Shown: positions 30,298 through 32,000 of the stretch, in pieces
Layout of the letters: each line of letters begins with the position of its first letter
How positions within the stretch are numbered: position 1 is the first letter of the stretch
Source: Candidatus Saccharimonadota bacterium
GTDB lineage: Bacteria > Patescibacteriota > Gracilibacteria > UBA1369 > 2-02-FULL-48-14
Length of the DNA: 32,000 bases
Reading direction: 5' to 3'
Assembly: GCA_041661045.1 (NCBI GenBank)
Contig: JBAZVE010000001.1
Coordinates: forward strand, 810,001-842,000
Notes under the pieces: model-generated
Databases searched by the model: none
Told to the model about the DNA's origin: nothing
What the model saw: only the letters and a program-made list of their open reading frames with translations
Program-made: the position numbers and the translations under genes

Positions 30298-30936
30298 TTA
30301 GTTGAAGAATTCTAAGATCTCACTGACATTGTCGATCACTTTATCTGCTTGAGAGAAATCGGTTCCTTTGGAGTATGCTGTTGGACAAATAAAGCAGGGG
30401 AGGCCGGCTCTCTTTGCAGCAGTTAGCCCTCGTCCAGTATCTTCAATCACTAGGCATTCGCTTTTTTTAAAGCCACTTATTCTCCATGCTTTAAGATAGG
30501 GTTCTGGATGGGGTTTGATTTGCTCCACTTCATCACCGCAAATAGTGAAGTCAAAATATTTCCCTAAGCCTGTTGCTTTCATGATTTGGTTGAAATGCAT
30601 CCGTGGGCTCGTTGTAACGATTCCCATTGGCACTCTCCCGTACAATTCCTCTAGGGTAGGAATGACCCCTTCCATAACTTCGACATTTTTCTTCAATTCC
30701 TTAAAGTAAAGTTCATCCCTTCTTTCTCTTAACTTTTGAATAGTCTCTTCGTCTATGCCCGCAGCCTCTGCAAGTTCAAAGCTGCTTCTGCCTTTCTTCA
30801 AGCATTCATTTGCATTCCACTCTTCGGTTAATTCTATACCAACACTCGCGAGTACTTTCTGTGTTGCTAGAAAAAATGGAACTTCAGTGTTCACAAGGGT
30901 TCCATCATTGTCCCAGAAGATTGTTTTGAATTTCAT
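30298..30936 (-). CDS. HAD-superfamily hydrolase (beta-phosphoglucomutase/phosphatase-like)
   Basis: 212 aa. Motif I FWDNDGTLVNTE, motif II VTTS, and a motif IV-like LVIEDTGRG. Confidence 0.8.
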   Translation of the reverse strand: MKFKTIFWDNDGTLVNTEVPFFLATQKVLASVGIELTEEWNANECLKKGRSSFELAEAAGIDEETIQKLRERRDELYFKELKKNVEVMEGVIPTLEELYGRVPMGIVTTSPRMHFNQIMKATGLGKYFDFTICGDEVEQIKPHPEPYLKAWRISGFKKSECLVIEDTGRGLTAAKRAGLPCFICPTAYSKGTDFSQADKVIDNVSEILEFFN

Positions 30937-30942
30937 GGTGTG

Positions 30943-30951
30943 AGTATAGCA
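30943..30951 (-). promoter_or_regulatory. Extended -10 element TGCTATACT, N6, ATG (30936)
   Basis: Minus strand reads ATTTTGCTATACT-CACACC-ATG. It shares the 13-mer ATTTTGCTATACT with the element at 22595-22603. Confidence 0.45.
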
Positions 30952-30957
30952 AAATCA

Positions 30958-31425
30958 CTAAAAGCGATCTTTAAACTTTTTTAAGAACCACTCGTCCAAG
31001 TAGGGAAGGTATTCCCTTTGTTTTTCTGACGGAAGTTTGAAGAAATCGATATGACAAAGTTTGCTGCAGCTTGAAGCTCCGCAGTGGCATTCCCAAGTGA
31101 ATTCTCCATATCCTCCGATACGATAATCAAAGAACAGTTCATCACCCGCCTGGATATCTTTCATTGCGAGGACCTTTCGTTTTCCATCAATAGTTTTTAA
31201 GTAAACATTCGGTTCACAAGAATGATTGATGTATCGTTCTGGTTCCATCCATAGGATGTCGTTCCCGTCGAAAGAATCGATATAATTATGCTCAGCTTCA
31301 GGAACTGCTGTGGGGTCTCCAATAATGTGAGAATCATCGATTTCGAGAATCATCTTTCCCTCCGGGATTTTTTCAGTAGCAAATACTCCTTTGCCATGGA
31401 TATTTGAGCTTTTGGTTTCAATCAT
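30958..31425 (-). CDS. SET-domain protein (putative lysine methyltransferase) with a post-SET Cys cluster
   Basis: 155 aa. GKGVFA, NHSCEPN, ELFFDY and the post-SET CHCGASSCSKLC. Confidence 0.85.
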   Translation of the reverse strand: MIETKSSNIHGKGVFATEKIPEGKMILEIDDSHIIGDPTAVPEAEHNYIDSFDGNDILWMEPERYINHSCEPNVYLKTIDGKRKVLAMKDIQAGDELFFDYRIGGYGEFTWECHCGASSCSKLCHIDFFKLPSEKQREYLPYLDEWFLKKFKDRF

Positions 31426-31592
31426 AAATATTTCATGAATAGTAGAAAGACCGGCTTCCCTTCAGTACTTTCTTCAATCCCTTTGATGCAATCCTTTTGA
31501 GCTTCCTGTTGCCACTCGCTTTCAGGATTCCAAGCCCACGGTACGGTGAGCTTTTTGAAGTCTTCGATTTTTCCTTGGCGGATTTGGATCAT
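31422..31592 (-). CDS. Small protein (56 aa) translationally coupled to the SET gene
   Basis: Start reassigned to ATG 31592 (MIQIRQGKIEDFKKL...), preceded by TATACT-N6. Its stop overlaps the SET start (ATGA). The N-terminus resembles the start of a GNAT, but the ORF is far too short to be one. Confidence 0.35.
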   Translation of the reverse strand: MIQIRQGKIEDFKKLTVPWAWNPESEWQQEAQKDCIKGIEESTEGKPVFLLFMKYL

Positions 31593-31598
31593 GGCGAA

Positions 31599-31604
31599 AG
31601 TATA
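31599..31604 (-). promoter_or_regulatory. -10 hexamer TATACT, N6, ATG (31592)
   Basis: Part of the 18-mer (31589-31606) that is identical to 22585-22602. Confidence 0.4.
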
Positions 31605-31727
31605 GCGCATCACTCAATAATTGGCTCCCCAAGTTGGAAGCCATTAGAACTGCTCTTGTGGCTTCTTGCCAAGACAATGGCTTTATGTTAATGTGGCTGT
31701 ACAATTCGTTTCCTTACCTATAACTAT

Positions 31728-32000
31728 ATGTTTGAGTTTCACCTCGGTAAGGGGCTCACTCTTTCTTCGGAAGAGCTTAAGGCTCCTTTATTGCTTCTCG
31801 GTCGGTCTGGTCAGGGCAAGTCCACTTTTTTGATGCAGTTTGTTTTAGAACTCATTAAAAATAAGCAATCTGGTTTGCTTTACGATCCTTATGGAGATTT
31901 GACTTTGAGTATTCAAAAGCATCTGCAGTCGGAAGAGGCGAAGTCTTTTGTCCAAGTATTAAATCAGGATGAAGATTTACCTGGCTTTGATGGGTCTAAG
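31728..32000 (+). CDS. P-loop ATPase, 3'-truncated by the window (HerA/FtsK/VirD4-like N-terminal pattern)
   Basis: ATG 31728, with the frame open for 91 codons to the window end. It encodes MFEFHLGKG...PLLLLGRSGQGKSTFLMQFVLELIKNKQSGLLYDPYGDL. A Walker A followed by a hydrophobic-DP-x-G strand is typical of DNA-translocase-type ATPases. It is absent from the ORF track because it has no stop. Confidence 0.55.
   Translation, partial: MFEFHLGKGLTLSSEELKAPLLLLGRSGQGKSTFLMQFVLELIKNKQSGLLYDPYGDLTLSIQKHLQSEEAKSFVQVLNQDEDLPGFDGSK

Noticed and set aside
1-32000. Possibility of an alternative genetic code (UGA recoded, as in some candidate-phyla bacteria)
   Set aside because: Well-conserved genes end at TGA where orthologs normally end, for example ArsR at 12085-12087 and Cys-rich paralog 2 at 26475-26477. 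Long conserved genes (copA, the ABC-F gene) contain no in-frame TGA. The standard code fits.

Overview
Standard-code bacterial window (long ORFs end at TAA, TAG and TGA). It is gene-dense, and I saw no rRNA, tRNA or CRISPR array. There are about 35 supportable protein genes. Recognisable genes include a copper module (permease-cupredoxin fusion, copZ, copA), msrA-yajQ, an NYN-domain protein, a cold-shock protein, a NUDIX hydrolase, a CxxC-x17-CxxC protein and an ABC-F ATPase. Also present are an M23 lipoprotein, a PhnB-like VOC protein, an ArsR/SRPBCC/DUF1428 cluster, an ABC-2 exporter, an S51 peptidase and a TrmB-like regulator. The right half adds an AbrB/RelE toxin-antitoxin pair, a cyanophycin-synthetase-like ATP-grasp protein, a solo IS1 InsA-like protein, a HAD hydrolase and a SET-domain protein. 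The best candidate for an undescribed system is the island at 17.6-22.5 kb. It holds five orphan genes driven by near-consensus divergent promoters. By motif, one is a divergent PvcA/Dit1-type (isonitrile-synthase family) enzyme, one is a cysteine-dioxygenase-like cupin, and a divergently transcribed gene carries an ADP-ribosyltransferase-like motif. Other notable signals: two diverged full-length paralogs of a ~540-aa Cys-rich zinc-ribbon protein; a recurrent -10 hexamer, N6, ATG arrangement implying widespread leaderless, Shine-Dalgarno-free initiation; an identical 18-nt promoter/start cassette at two loci; orphan hairpin terminators with small unannotated ORFs around the InsA-like gene; and three G/C homopolymer tracts of 8 nt or more. 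All functional calls rest on motifs read by eye. No database search was run.
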